Below are positions 40,083 to 49,372 of a DNA stretch of 64,000 bases, in pieces; within the stretch, counting starts at the first letter, position 1, and each line of letters begins with the position of its first letter. This DNA is from an uncultured Oligoflexales bacterium (GTDB taxonomy: Bacteria; Bdellovibrionota_B; Oligoflexia; Oligoflexales; CAZLMG01). The position numbers and the translations under genes were made by a program. The notes under the pieces were generated by a model. The model did not search any database and had not been told where the DNA came from. It worked only from the letters and a program-made list of their open reading frames with translations. The stretch spans positions 41,705 to 105,704 of the forward strand of contig CAZLMG010000003.1 in NCBI GenBank assembly GCA_964560765.1, given 5' to 3'.

Positions 40083-40201
40083 GCGAAACTTATGCTGTTT
40101 CGACCCATGGTTAAGATCGGAAAATTTGCTGATAAATTGAGCATGTATCGTGGGAAACCGAGCCTAGCTCCAGCTGGAAGTCGGCGTATATCCTGGATAA
40201 C

Positions 40202-41344
40202 TCAAGGTAAACTCGCAAGTTTTGTGGTTTGAGCCAAACCACGACGCGGCTGCTTTTTGTCAACCAGCTGGCCGCAAGCAGCCGCAATATCCTGGCCTTT
40301 GCTGTAACGCACCATGGTGCGTAGACCGCGCTGTTGTAGCACATCGCGAAAGGCTTGAATCGTTGCTGCGTCCGGCGCGGCAAAGCGCGAACCCTCAATG
40401 GCATTCAACGGGATCAAGTTGACCTTGACGTTGATGCCTGCAAGCAACACCGCCAACTGCTCGGCCTGCGCGACGCTATCGTTGATATCGCGCATCAGAG
40501 TGTACTGGATCAAGATGCACTGTTTGCGATCGGTGCTCAGAGCCCGCAACTCCGAAATCATCTCTGCTAAGCTCCACCGCTTCGAGATGGGCATGATGCG
40601 ACGGCGCAGCTCTTCTTCTGCGGCGTGCAAACTGAACGCCAATGCGGCATTGGGAAAACGCTGCAGCAATTCACGCATGCCTTCGATGTGCCCAGCTGTC
40701 GAAACAGAAATCTTGCGTAAACCCAATGCCAATCCGTAGGGCTCAATCAGGATCTCTATGGATTTGAGAACCGATTGGACATTATCGAGGGGTTCACCCA
40801 TACCCATAAAGACAATGTTGGTAATTTGGCTGTCGCGCGGGAGCCGCACCCGGTCACTCCACTCAGGATGATCGCAAATCCAGCGATTGGCCGCCACGAC
40901 CTGACCAACGATTTCCGCCGCCGACAAATTACGAATCAGACCCATGCGGCCGGTGATGCAGAATGCGCACCCTTGCCGGCAGCCAACCTGACTGGAAACG
41001 CAGAGTGTCAACCGGGAGGTCTCGGGCATCAGTACCGATTCAATGTGCTGACCGTCACCCACAGCGAACGCGAATTTCACGGAATGATCGTACCCAGACT
41101 CCTGACACTCGGCGACCGGTGGTAGTTGTAAGGAATACTGCGTCGGGATCGAACACTTCAGCGTCATCGGCAAGCTCGATTCCGTCCACGGCGCGTCACT
41201 GCGCCGTTTGTACAACTCACGAAAGAGAGTTCGTGCATGCACGGCCGGAACGGACAACGACCGGCAATAATCCTCAAGGTCTGCAAGCGAAGACCCATAG
41301 AGCGATTCTTGCGCGCCAATAGCTATGGTCGATGGTACATTCAT
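40202..41344 (-). CDS. rlmN: 23S rRNA/tRNA adenine-C2 methyltransferase RlmN (radical SAM)
   Basis: CVSSQVGCRQGCAFCITG (CxxxCxxC), FMGMGEPLDN, C-terminal AACGQL. AAGGGG lies 6 nt before the ATG at 41344. The ORF-track TTG start is at 41359. Confidence 0.9.
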   Translation of the reverse strand: MNVPSTIAIGAQESLYGSSLADLEDYCRSLSVPAVHARTLFRELYKRRSDAPWTESSLPMTLKCSIPTQYSLQLPPVAECQESGYDHSVKFAFAVGDGQHIESVLMPETSRLTLCVSSQVGCRQGCAFCITGRMGLIRNLSAAEIVGQVVAANRWICDHPEWSDRVRLPRDSQITNIVFMGMGEPLDNVQSVLKSIEILIEPYGLALGLRKISVSTAGHIEGMRELLQRFPNAALAFSLHAAEEELRRRIMPISKRWSLAEMISELRALSTDRKQCILIQYTLMRDINDSVAQAEQLAVLLAGINVKVNLIPLNAIEGSRFAAPDAATIQAFRDVLQQRGLRTMVRYSKGQDIAAACGQLVDKKQPRRGLAQTTKLASLP

Positions 41345-41400
41345 GCACGGCCCCTTCAATCAGGGGGGCTTCATACCACGAACCCGGGACATAGGAAACC

Positions 41401-42732
41401 ATGAGCACGACAGCTCCTACTAGAGCAGAAACTCCTGATTTTACAATTGAATCACTGGGTGAGGCGACTTTGCCCTCGCCCATTCAGCTGCATGGGCAAC
41501 GAACTTTTAGCAACGATTCGGACCGAATCCTGATTCGGCCGTACCTGCCGCCACCGATCCATGACCCAGCTAGCGATCCAACGCACACGGCGTTTGAAGT
41601 GGCTGGGCCGCGGGCCCGCATCTATTTCGACCCAGTACAAGCCCGTGCCGGCATTGTCACCTGTGGTGGACTTTGCCCCGGCCTCAACGCCGTGATTCGT
41701 GGACTTGTGCTGCAACTTTGGCATCGCTACGGCGTTCGGCATATTGTCGGCGTTCCTTATGGCTACCAGGGACTGAGTCAGGCCGAACTTGGATCGATCC
41801 GAACTCTGGATCCGCAGTCGGTGGTCAGCATTCATCATCAAGGCGGTACTATTCTGGGATCCTCACGGGGAACACCTCCCACCACAGAAATTTGCGACAG
41901 CATCGAGCACCTAGGACTGCACATGCTTTTTGTCATCGGCGGCGATGGCACCATGCGCGGAGCACGTGCCATTTGTGAAGAGATGGCGAAACGCGGGCGC
42001 AAGATATCCGTGATCGGCATTCCGAAGACTATCGACAATGACATCCCCTTCGTGCGGCGCTCATTTGGCTTTGAATCCGCGGTTGAAGCAGCCTGTCGAG
42101 CTGTCGATGCGGCGCACGAAGAGGCCAGGGGTGCCCGTAACGGCATTGGCCTGGTAAAATTAATGGGACGGCATTCCGGATATGTTGCCGCCTATGCAGC
42201 ACTGGCGACGGGGGATGTGAATTTTTGTCTGATCCCGGAGGCTCCGTTTGCTCTGGAGGGTCCCGACGGACTCCTGGAGCTGGTCGCGCGGCGTCTTGAG
42301 CAAGCACGACATGCGGTGATTGCGGTCGCCGAAGGTGCGGGCCAGCATTTTTTTTCCGGTCAACCCGAAGCTCGCGATCCATCAGGCAATACACGACTAG
42401 GCGATATTGGCACCTTCTTACGCGGGCGACTGGAAGAGCACCTGACCAAGCGCAACATGCCGTTCACTCTCAAGTATATCGATCCAAGCTACATCATTCG
42501 GTCGACGCCAGCGAATGCGGGCGATCGTATGTTTTGTGCCCACTTGGCGCAAAATGCGGTACATGCCGCCATGGCCGGCAAGACGGGCATGCTCATCGGA
42601 TTTTGGCACGGCAAAATGACCCACATTCCATTTTCGGCCATTCAAAGCCGAAGGCAGCAAATCAATCCCGATGGCGAACTTTGGTTCAATGTCTTGGAGA
42701 CGACTGGACAGCCGTCTCATATCGGAGCGTGA
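41401..42732 (+). CDS. pfkA: 6-phosphofructokinase (GGDG motif suggests ATP-dependent)
   Basis: GIVTCGGLCPGLNAVIRG, FVIGGDGTMRGA, IPKTIDNDI, VKLMGRHSGY. Confidence 0.9.
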   Translation: MSTTAPTRAETPDFTIESLGEATLPSPIQLHGQRTFSNDSDRILIRPYLPPPIHDPASDPTHTAFEVAGPRARIYFDPVQARAGIVTCGGLCPGLNAVIRGLVLQLWHRYGVRHIVGVPYGYQGLSQAELGSIRTLDPQSVVSIHHQGGTILGSSRGTPPTTEICDSIEHLGLHMLFVIGGDGTMRGARAICEEMAKRGRKISVIGIPKTIDNDIPFVRRSFGFESAVEAACRAVDAAHEEARGARNGIGLVKLMGRHSGYVAAYAALATGDVNFCLIPEAPFALEGPDGLLELVARRLEQARHAVIAVAEGAGQHFFSGQPEARDPSGNTRLGDIGTFLRGRLEEHLTKRNMPFTLKYIDPSYIIRSTPANAGDRMFCAHLAQNAVHAAMAGKTGMLIGFWHGKMTHIPFSAIQSRRQQINPDGELWFNVLETTGQPSHIGA

Positions 42733-42733
42733 G

Positions 42734-43270
42734 TTAGCTGGCTTCTTGCTCGACTTCAAGATCGTCGTCCTGGTCGGCCACGGCATCACTTTGCTCGGCG
42801 CCGTGCCGACGCTCGAGCTGCGCGGCCATATTGTTCAACTGCTCAACCAACTCACCTAGCTCGTCACCACGGCGGATTTTAACCCGACGCGAGTATTGGC
42901 CGTTGGCCATTTGCCGGACAAAGCGATTGATGGAAACAAGGGGGCCATAATAACGATGCGTCATACGAAAAATGACACCAAAGAGAACCGCCAAGTAGGT
43001 AATGAATGCGGCGCTGAGCTTGATGGCGTTCGCCCAGAATACGTCATTGACCACCAGCTCCCACTTGGTCTGAGGATCGACGACGTTGAATATCTCCATG
43101 ACGTGCTGATACTGCTCGATGAAGGCGTTCACGAACAACAGACCAGCGACGGCCAGAAACACGACGGTAACGCCCATGACATACAGTCCAAGCTTGATCT
43201 GCTTGAAAGGCTCGATGAGCGTACTCTTCAGCGTTCTCTTGGGGCGATTATTATGGGTCATTTCCATCAT
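42734..43270 (-). CDS. Membrane protein with two TM helices and a HAMP domain, no output domain
   Basis: TM1 LGLYVMGVTVVFLAVAGLLFVNAFI; TM2 AIKLSAAFITYLAVLFGVIF; HAMP YYGPLVSINRFVRQMANGQYSRRVKIRRGDELGELVEQLNNMAAQLERR; acidic tail. The start is uncertain (ATG cluster 43261-43270; ORF-track GTG at 43306). Confidence 0.65.
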   Translation of the reverse strand: MMEMTHNNRPKRTLKSTLIEPFKQIKLGLYVMGVTVVFLAVAGLLFVNAFIEQYQHVMEIFNVVDPQTKWELVVNDVFWANAIKLSAAFITYLAVLFGVIFRMTHRYYGPLVSINRFVRQMANGQYSRRVKIRRGDELGELVEQLNNMAAQLERRHGAEQSDAVADQDDDLEVEQEAS

Positions 43271-43505
43271 CCCTTGCCGACTTTGGTCACGAAACTGAGG
43301 GGACACTTGACGCCAACCCCCGACAATAACTCGGCGTCACCGAGTGAAACCTTGAGGAGCAATCCCATTAACTATCTGATTTAAATAGAAAAACTAAAAA
43401 ACCATCAGCCAAAGGCTTGCGCGAAAATCCCTTGCGTTTTTCAATCCGTACCGATATTTTCGCACATTCCTGAGCTGGAATGTTTCTTTTTAGACGGAGA
43501 TTTCT

Positions 43506-43613
43506 GTGCACGGTTCACGCCATAAGCGAAAGCACCCCAAAGGACGCCGCAAAGTAGGTCGTAAGAAGCGCCGCATGATGCGCAAACGACGTCAGCTGCG
43601 TACAAACGGTTAA
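43506..43613 (+). CDS. Small hyper-basic protein, 35 aa (bS22/AURKAIP1-like candidate); absent from the ORF track
   Basis: GGAG (43496-43499) lies 6 nt before the GTG at 43506. Translation is VHGSRHKRKHPKGRRKVGRKKRRMMRKRRQLRTNG (11 Arg, 7 Lys, 3 His), with TAA at 43611. A hairpin follows. The ORF lies in an otherwise empty 545-nt intergenic region. Confidence 0.5.
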   Translation: MHGSRHKRKHPKGRRKVGRKKRRMMRKRRQLRTNG

Positions 43614-43629
43614 TCATCGATGAAATCGA

Positions 43630-43660
43630 CGCCGGTGGGTCTCCTTGTGGCCTACCGGCG
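43630..43660 (+). terminator. Hairpin downstream of the small basic ORF
   Basis: 7-bp stem CGCCGGT / ACCGGCG followed by TTACTTTC. Moderate strength. Confidence 0.4.
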
Positions 43661-43852
43661 TTACTTTCAATCGACTTTGCTGCCTCAACTTTCCTGTAAA
43701 TTTTCGTAATCCGACCAATAAAACCCTCGGCTTGCTGGTGGGAAGATTCTGCCTAAGTCACGATGAATGTTTTGCATTCTAGCTTCCCAGCCAGTAATCT
43801 TAATTGAGAATCCATTGCACAATTAGTGATCAGCGAATTCCCTGGAGCAAGG

Positions 43853-44599
43853 ATGGCCCCCGGGAGCGAACTACCAGGGAGGGATCTCGTGGGCATTATC
43901 AAGTTTATGGAAGTACTTGAGCGAGTGCTTCGGACGTGGCCAGACGGGGAAAAACAGACTTTTTTTGCCCTGGCGGAACAAACCAAGTTTAATATCCCCC
44001 ATGTCATTGAGTTCCTTTCCGAGGGACTGGAGCGTTCGCTCGACGTCCATGACCCCATATCTAAGAAAGATACGGAACAGGCGCTGAGTTCGTTGCAACA
44101 TCGATTGCAGCATGAGCTGGAGGCCGACCGTCAACGGCGTCAGTCTCGCCAAGACCAGTCTGTTCGTGCCTATAACCGTATTATGACCAAAGTTTGCGAA
44201 TTGACTCGCGAGCGTCAGTGGTACCAAGCTTACCGCACGCTGTCCTACTTTGGCGGATCACACGTGGAGTTTCTCGATCGCGACTCCTTGATCACGCTCT
44301 GCAATGACTGCGTCCGCATCGGAGGTAAAGCCGAGGTTAACTTGCAAGAGCTGGGTCAGTGGTTGCGCCGCGGGGCGGAAAACTGCCTGGCCGCCGGTCC
44401 TCTAGATGGTTTGGAAGAGGCGATGGAGTTCGTAGACGCGCACAGCGATCATTTCACCAAGGACGAACGTGGGATGGGGCCCCGTATCATCGAAACCATC
44501 TTGCAAGACTTGCAGACACCGATCGTCGCAAAGGAAAATCCTCCACAGTTGTCTCGAAGCGCGGTAAGCTATCCAATGCACAATGCAATTTTGGACTGA
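43853..44599 (+). CDS. Hypothetical helical protein
   Basis: GGAG lies 5 nt before the ATG at 43853 (ORF-track GTG at 43826). No family recognised. The gene ends 26 nt before the Lon-like gene. Confidence 0.5.
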   Translation: MAPGSELPGRDLVGIIKFMEVLERVLRTWPDGEKQTFFALAEQTKFNIPHVIEFLSEGLERSLDVHDPISKKDTEQALSSLQHRLQHELEADRQRRQSRQDQSVRAYNRIMTKVCELTRERQWYQAYRTLSYFGGSHVEFLDRDSLITLCNDCVRIGGKAEVNLQELGQWLRRGAENCLAAGPLDGLEEAMEFVDAHSDHFTKDERGMGPRIIETILQDLQTPIVAKENPPQLSRSAVSYPMHNAILD

Positions 44600-44625
44600 C
44601 TTCCTGACGTTCGAGGTAACGAGTC

Positions 44626-47187
44626 TTGACCACCTCAAAGCAATCCGCGCGCGGCAAACAGCCGCGTGCAGCCGCCAAACGAACACCACGCAAGGCGACA
44701 GCAACACTCCCCAAACCACTGAAAGTTGATGACGTCTTCAAGACCTGTCCGTCATCAACATTTTCCTTTAGCAATACCAAGTCTCATCCCCAGTCCCACG
44801 ACATCATTTCGCAGGATCGCGCCATCAAAGCGATCAATTTGGGTCTCGGGATTCGCAAGCCCGGCTACAACATCTACGTCGCCGGTTACCAAGGCACGGG
44901 CAAAACCAGTGTTATCAAATCGTTCCTCGAGCGCTGGTCAAAGAGCGCAGAGACTCCCAATGACTGGGTCTATGTCTATAACTACGAAGACGCAGAAAAG
45001 CCCCTTGCCATCGAGATGAAGACGGGAGAAGGGCGCAAGCTGCGCAAAATGATGGAATCTCTGATCAAGGCTCTGCGCGAAGACATTCCCGCAGCGCTAC
45101 AGTCAGAAGACTACGAAAATGCCGTGAATTCCTATCTTTCGGCGAGCAACGATCGCAAGGCCAAGCTTTTTACCGAATTAGAAAAGCTGGCCAAGAGTAT
45201 GGACTTTGGCGTCAAGTCGACCCGCGTTGGCATTGAAACGGTGCCGATCGTCGATGGACGACCACTGTCAGAAAAAGAGTACGCGAAACTCGACGACAAG
45301 AAGCGGGAAGACCTGGAATCGAAGCGCGGCCGACTCGAACCTGAAGTCTTAGATTTTGCGCGCAAGGTTCGCTCGATTAATTCCGAATCAAAAGAGTATA
45401 TCGAGGCTTTGCGTTCGGAAGTTGGCAATCAAATCGTCTCCATACAATTGGAACCGATTGCCCAGGCCTTTCAACATAACGAACAGATCTTTCAGTACCT
45501 GGAGGCGACCCGCGCTCATATTCTTGAAAACCTCTTGGATTTTGCCGAGGACGATGACGACTCCTCCGAGGAAGACCAACCGGTTCACTATGCATTTGAT
45601 AGCAAAGAAAAGTTCAAAAAGTATCAAATCAACGTCTTTGTCGATAATACCAACACCAAAGGTGCTCCGGTCGTCATTGAAACCAATCCGACTTACTACA
45701 ACCTGTTCGGAAAAGTCGAAAAGAATGTCGAACACGGCATGTTCCTGACCGACCACTCCATGGTGAAAAACGGCGCCATTCATCGCGCAAATGGCGGCTA
45801 CTTAGTCATCAACGCCATGGACATTTTCAAGACCCACAACATCTGGGAAACACTGAAACGGGTGCTTCGCAACGGGGAAGCGTTTATCGAAGATCCGGGC
45901 GAACAGTATTCCATGCTGCCGACGACCGGCTTGCGACCATCACCATTTCCGATCAATGTGAAAGTGATCATGATCGGCAATGATGACATTTATCATGTCC
46001 TATTTGAAGACGACGAAGATTTCCGCAAAATCTTCAAGATCAAGGCTGACTTCGATTATCGAATGGAGCGTAACAAACGCAACGTCAATTCCTATGCATC
46101 GTTTGTCGCCACCCGCTCCGCCAAGGAAGAGCTCCTGCACTTTGATAAATCGGGCGTATCCGCCATCGTCGAGTTTGGCTCACGTCTAGTTGAGGATCAG
46201 CGCTATCTCTCGTGCCAGTTTGGCGAAATCAAAGATGTTACTATTGAAGCAGACTTCTGCGCCCGACAATCCGAATCGAAGGTCATTCGTCGCGAGCATG
46301 TCGAACAGGCGCTCGATTCGAAGTTTTACCGATTAAACCTCGTCGAGCAGCACATCCTCGACATGATCCGCCACGAAGATTTATTGCTCAGCGTCGATGG
46401 AGAACGCATTGGTCAGGTCAATGGCCTGACCGTGTACGATATGGGTGATATTTCATTTGGCAAGATCGCACGCATCACCTGCGCGACGGCGATCAGTGAC
46501 GATGGAATCCTGAATATCGAACGAGCCAGCCGATTATCTGGCAAGACATACGATAAGGGAATGTACATCGTCGCCGGCTTCCTGAATGGACTTCTGGCTC
46601 GAGAGCGCAGCCTAGGAATCTCTGCCAGTATCGCCTTTGAACAGAGTTACGGGATCGTTGATGGCGACAGCGCATCCATTGCTGAGCTGATCACAATCAT
46701 TAGTGCGATGGCCGGGATTCCGTGCAGTCAGTCATTTGCCATTACCGGCAGCGTGAATCAGATGGGTGAAGTCCAACCTGTGGGGGGCGTTAACGAAAAG
46801 ATTGAGGGCTTCTTTAAATGCTGCCGACTCATCGGCAAGAAGCGCAGCGGATACGGAGTCTTGTTGCCGGCGCAGAACGTACCGAGCCTGATGCTGCATC
46901 GGGAAGTGCGCGAGGCCATGGACTCAGGATTTTTGAAGGTCTATGCCATCCGCCACCTATGGGAAGCTTTTGAACTCGTCACGGGCGTGCCGCTTGGAAT
47001 TGCCGATTTTCATGACAAAGATTTTGCGCCCGGCTCGGCTCTTGACATCATCAAGAAAAAGTTATCCGAGATGCACAAGAAGGCCGACACGGCGCCAGTG
47101 ACTCAGCATCATGAGCAGCATCTCCTGACGCCAAAATCGCGTCGGGCTGCAAAGACACATCGCGCATTGCCGCTGCGTCGATCATGA
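44626..47187 (+). CDS. Lon-like protease (COG1067 / LonB-LonC-YcbZ type): AAA-like domain with long helical insertion plus S16 protease domain
   Basis: Walker A GYQGTGKTS (aa 87-95). About 290 aa separate it from HRANGGYLVINAMDI. The C-terminal Lon protease domain has VDGDSASIAELITIISA (Ser) and GGVNEKIEGF (Lys). TTG start, with GAGG 9 nt upstream. Confidence 0.8.
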   Translation: MTTSKQSARGKQPRAAAKRTPRKATATLPKPLKVDDVFKTCPSSTFSFSNTKSHPQSHDIISQDRAIKAINLGLGIRKPGYNIYVAGYQGTGKTSVIKSFLERWSKSAETPNDWVYVYNYEDAEKPLAIEMKTGEGRKLRKMMESLIKALREDIPAALQSEDYENAVNSYLSASNDRKAKLFTELEKLAKSMDFGVKSTRVGIETVPIVDGRPLSEKEYAKLDDKKREDLESKRGRLEPEVLDFARKVRSINSESKEYIEALRSEVGNQIVSIQLEPIAQAFQHNEQIFQYLEATRAHILENLLDFAEDDDDSSEEDQPVHYAFDSKEKFKKYQINVFVDNTNTKGAPVVIETNPTYYNLFGKVEKNVEHGMFLTDHSMVKNGAIHRANGGYLVINAMDIFKTHNIWETLKRVLRNGEAFIEDPGEQYSMLPTTGLRPSPFPINVKVIMIGNDDIYHVLFEDDEDFRKIFKIKADFDYRMERNKRNVNSYASFVATRSAKEELLHFDKSGVSAIVEFGSRLVEDQRYLSCQFGEIKDVTIEADFCARQSESKVIRREHVEQALDSKFYRLNLVEQHILDMIRHEDLLLSVDGERIGQVNGLTVYDMGDISFGKIARITCATAISDDGILNIERASRLSGKTYDKGMYIVAGFLNGLLARERSLGISASIAFEQSYGIVDGDSASIAELITIISAMAGIPCSQSFAITGSVNQMGEVQPVGGVNEKIEGFFKCCRLIGKKRSGYGVLLPAQNVPSLMLHREVREAMDSGFLKVYAIRHLWEAFELVTGVPLGIADFHDKDFAPGSALDIIKKKLSEMHKKADTAPVTQHHEQHLLTPKSRRAAKTHRALPLRRS

Positions 47188-48206
47188 GCGTTGCTGCACA
47201 GACGTTTGCTCTGCGCAATGCTCTCGCGGCGGCGGTCCGGCAGTTTTTTGGACAGCGAAATTTTCTCGAAGTCGAAACCCCGATTCTCGTCCCCTGCCCG
47301 GGTACTGAGCCCCATCTCGAGTATTTTGCCAGTGATTGGCGTGATGCGCGGCGGCAGAAACACCGAGTTTTTTTGCGTTCTAGCCCCGAACTGCACATGA
47401 AGCAGCTATTGGCCGCTGGCCATAGCCGCATCTTTCAAATCGCACCGTGCTTTCGTAACCACGGCGAAATGGGACCGTGGCACCATCCCCAGTTCAGCAT
47501 GCTGGAGTGGTATGAAACGGGAATCGATTTCTATTCCTATATGGATCAGACGCTCGACCTGCTGCGCGAAACTTGTGATCAGATGCGCACAAACTTTAAT
47601 GACAGCATCGTCTTTCAGGTTCCAAAGTCGGTTCCGCGCTTTAGCGTGGCGGAAGCCATTGCTGCCAGTTGTCGTATCCAACTAGTCGATGGCGATCCAG
47701 ACCTAGCAACAAAGGCAAGAACCGCCGGTGTGACTTCCGTCAACACCGACGACAATTTTGAAACAGCCTTCTTCAAAATCATGCTGGAATGCGTTGAACC
47801 CTTCTTAGCACGCCATCCGCTTTCGATCCTGCATAGCTATCCGGCGTCGCAGGCGGCCTTGGCCAAAGTCGAAGGCGGCATCGCACAACGCTTTGAAATC
47901 TATGCGCAGCACGTTGAGCTTTGTAACGCTTTTCATGAACTGACGGACGCAGTCGAGAATCGACGCCGCTTTGAAGACAGTCAGAGGCACCGGGCGCAAC
48001 AAGGTGCCACGCAAATTCATGAAGATCCGGACTTTTGGGATGCACTCGACGCCGGCTTACCACCTAGCTGCGGTAACGCTCTAGGATTGGATCGCTGGTT
48101 GGCTATTCTGCTGGGAGTGCCTGGTTTGGATCAAGTCGTTCCCTTTCGCCAAGCGCTGCCCTTTCGCACTGGCGTGTTTGGCTCCACCATCGATCACCGC
48201 TCTTGA
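47184..48206 (+). CDS. epmA: EF-P lysine aminoacylase EpmA (GenX/PoxA, class II LysRS paralogue)
   Basis: NFLEVETPIL, LRSSPELHMKQLLAAGHSRIFQIAPCFRNHGEMGPWHHPQFSMLEWY, YPASQAALA, RFEIYAQHVELCNAFHELTD, GNALGLDRW. The ATG overlaps the Lon-like stop (ATGA). Confidence 0.85.
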   Translation: MSVAAQTFALRNALAAAVRQFFGQRNFLEVETPILVPCPGTEPHLEYFASDWRDARRQKHRVFLRSSPELHMKQLLAAGHSRIFQIAPCFRNHGEMGPWHHPQFSMLEWYETGIDFYSYMDQTLDLLRETCDQMRTNFNDSIVFQVPKSVPRFSVAEAIAASCRIQLVDGDPDLATKARTAGVTSVNTDDNFETAFFKIMLECVEPFLARHPLSILHSYPASQAALAKVEGGIAQRFEIYAQHVELCNAFHELTDAVENRRRFEDSQRHRAQQGATQIHEDPDFWDALDAGLPPSCGNALGLDRWLAILLGVPGLDQVVPFRQALPFRTGVFGSTIDHRS

Positions 48207-49372
48207 AGAGCTTCTGCCAACTGTCCATGTAGCACCAACCAAAGTTGCGAAGTTGCCAGCCGCCGATCGAAGATAGAGAATAAGGGGCCAATGATTGGCC
48301 AGCCAGAGAATACAGCACTTCCGGAGCGGGACTCGGTTGATGATGACAGATTCATTCGAGCCACGGCACTGACTCGCCCAAGCGACAGCTTAGCCGTACC
48401 CGCCAAGCGATGGCTGCTCAAGGCTTTAACGCCCCCACCTGGCCCAGGGCTCTTGAGGTCCAAACGATAGTCGACGTGCGCGGAGTCGTCATCCAGCATA
48501 CGCAGGGTCGCTTCAAAGTTCGCGCCGACCGACTTCCATTCCACGCGCCCTTCGTCATAGCCATATCCGGGCACGGTGATCGCCAACTCGCTGCCCGTGG
48601 CTGCCTCCGCTGCCTGGTGCGGTAAGAGCCAAAGATGTGGTCGCGCCACCACCTCCCAATAGAACTCCCGCTGTTGCGCCACCGCCGATACTTTTGTCAA
48701 AAGATCGGACAATGACCCAGCATGCCCCGCGAGGATCTCGGTCGCCACACCGTCGCGGGTCGAATCGCTTCCCTCCGAAATCACGAAGGCTGCCCCTTCC
48801 AACTCCAACCGCCTCGGTGCCGTCAGGTTACACCAAACGACTAGGCGCGCGGCGGGAACCACGCCACTCAGCCGCGATGCAACCCATTCACGCAAACGCT
48901 TTTCGCCATCTTTGGCGCAAAATGTCGTGACCTGCACCGTGCCGCTTTCGGCTAACACAATCTGAAATTCGCTTCCCAGCAGTCGGCTCAGGCGGCGCAG
49001 CAGTTCCTGGCGTTGTTCTGCTGACCAAGGATTGGGATGAGGATCGTCACGAATTCCTGCGTTAGGCGTCGTAGCTTGAATGCGAACATCCCATCGATGA
49101 CGCGATTGCCCGTCCTGGACCTGCTTGCCAACTACAAATCCCGGCTTCAACCCAGTAATGAGCCATCGACCACCGCCAACATTCTCAAAGTCAGCAATTC
49201 CACGGCGGGATAATGATAGAGGGAGGTTTTCATCTCCCTTTACGGACTTTTGTTGCCCAACCTGAAGCACCAATTCCTGCACCCGACTTGCCCAGGCAGC
49301 TTGCAAAGCTGTTAGAAATCCGATCAAAAAGACGGTAACTGAGCGACCAAGGCGCGGCCATTTATTCTTCAT
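48194..49372 (-). CDS. Compact secretin-family outer-membrane protein (CpaC/RcpA-like)
   Basis: Signal peptide VTVFLIGFLTALQAAWA. Pilus-N-type segment LVLQVGQQKSVKG...IADFENVGGGRWLITGLKPGFVVG. Secretin-type C-terminus VVARPHLWLLPHQAAEAATGSE ... GWPIIGPLFSIFDRRLATSQLWLVLHGQL. GGAGG lies 6 nt before the ATG. Confidence 0.6.
   Translation of the reverse strand: MKNKWPRLGRSVTVFLIGFLTALQAAWASRVQELVLQVGQQKSVKGDENLPLSLSRRGIADFENVGGGRWLITGLKPGFVVGKQVQDGQSRHRWDVRIQATTPNAGIRDDPHPNPWSAEQRQELLRRLSRLLGSEFQIVLAESGTVQVTTFCAKDGEKRLREWVASRLSGVVPAARLVVWCNLTAPRRLELEGAAFVISEGSDSTRDGVATEILAGHAGSLSDLLTKVSAVAQQREFYWEVVARPHLWLLPHQAAEAATGSELAITVPGYGYDEGRVEWKSVGANFEATLRMLDDDSAHVDYRLDLKSPGPGGGVKALSSHRLAGTAKLSLGRVSAVARMNLSSSTESRSGSAVFSGWPIIGPLFSIFDRRLATSQLWLVLHGQLAEALQER

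Noticed and set aside
44626-47187. Lon-like protease as a BREX BrxL-type defence component
   Set aside because: No PglX methyltransferase, PglZ, BrxA/B/C or other defence genes are in the neighbourhood. The flanking genes are housekeeping (epmA) or unknown.
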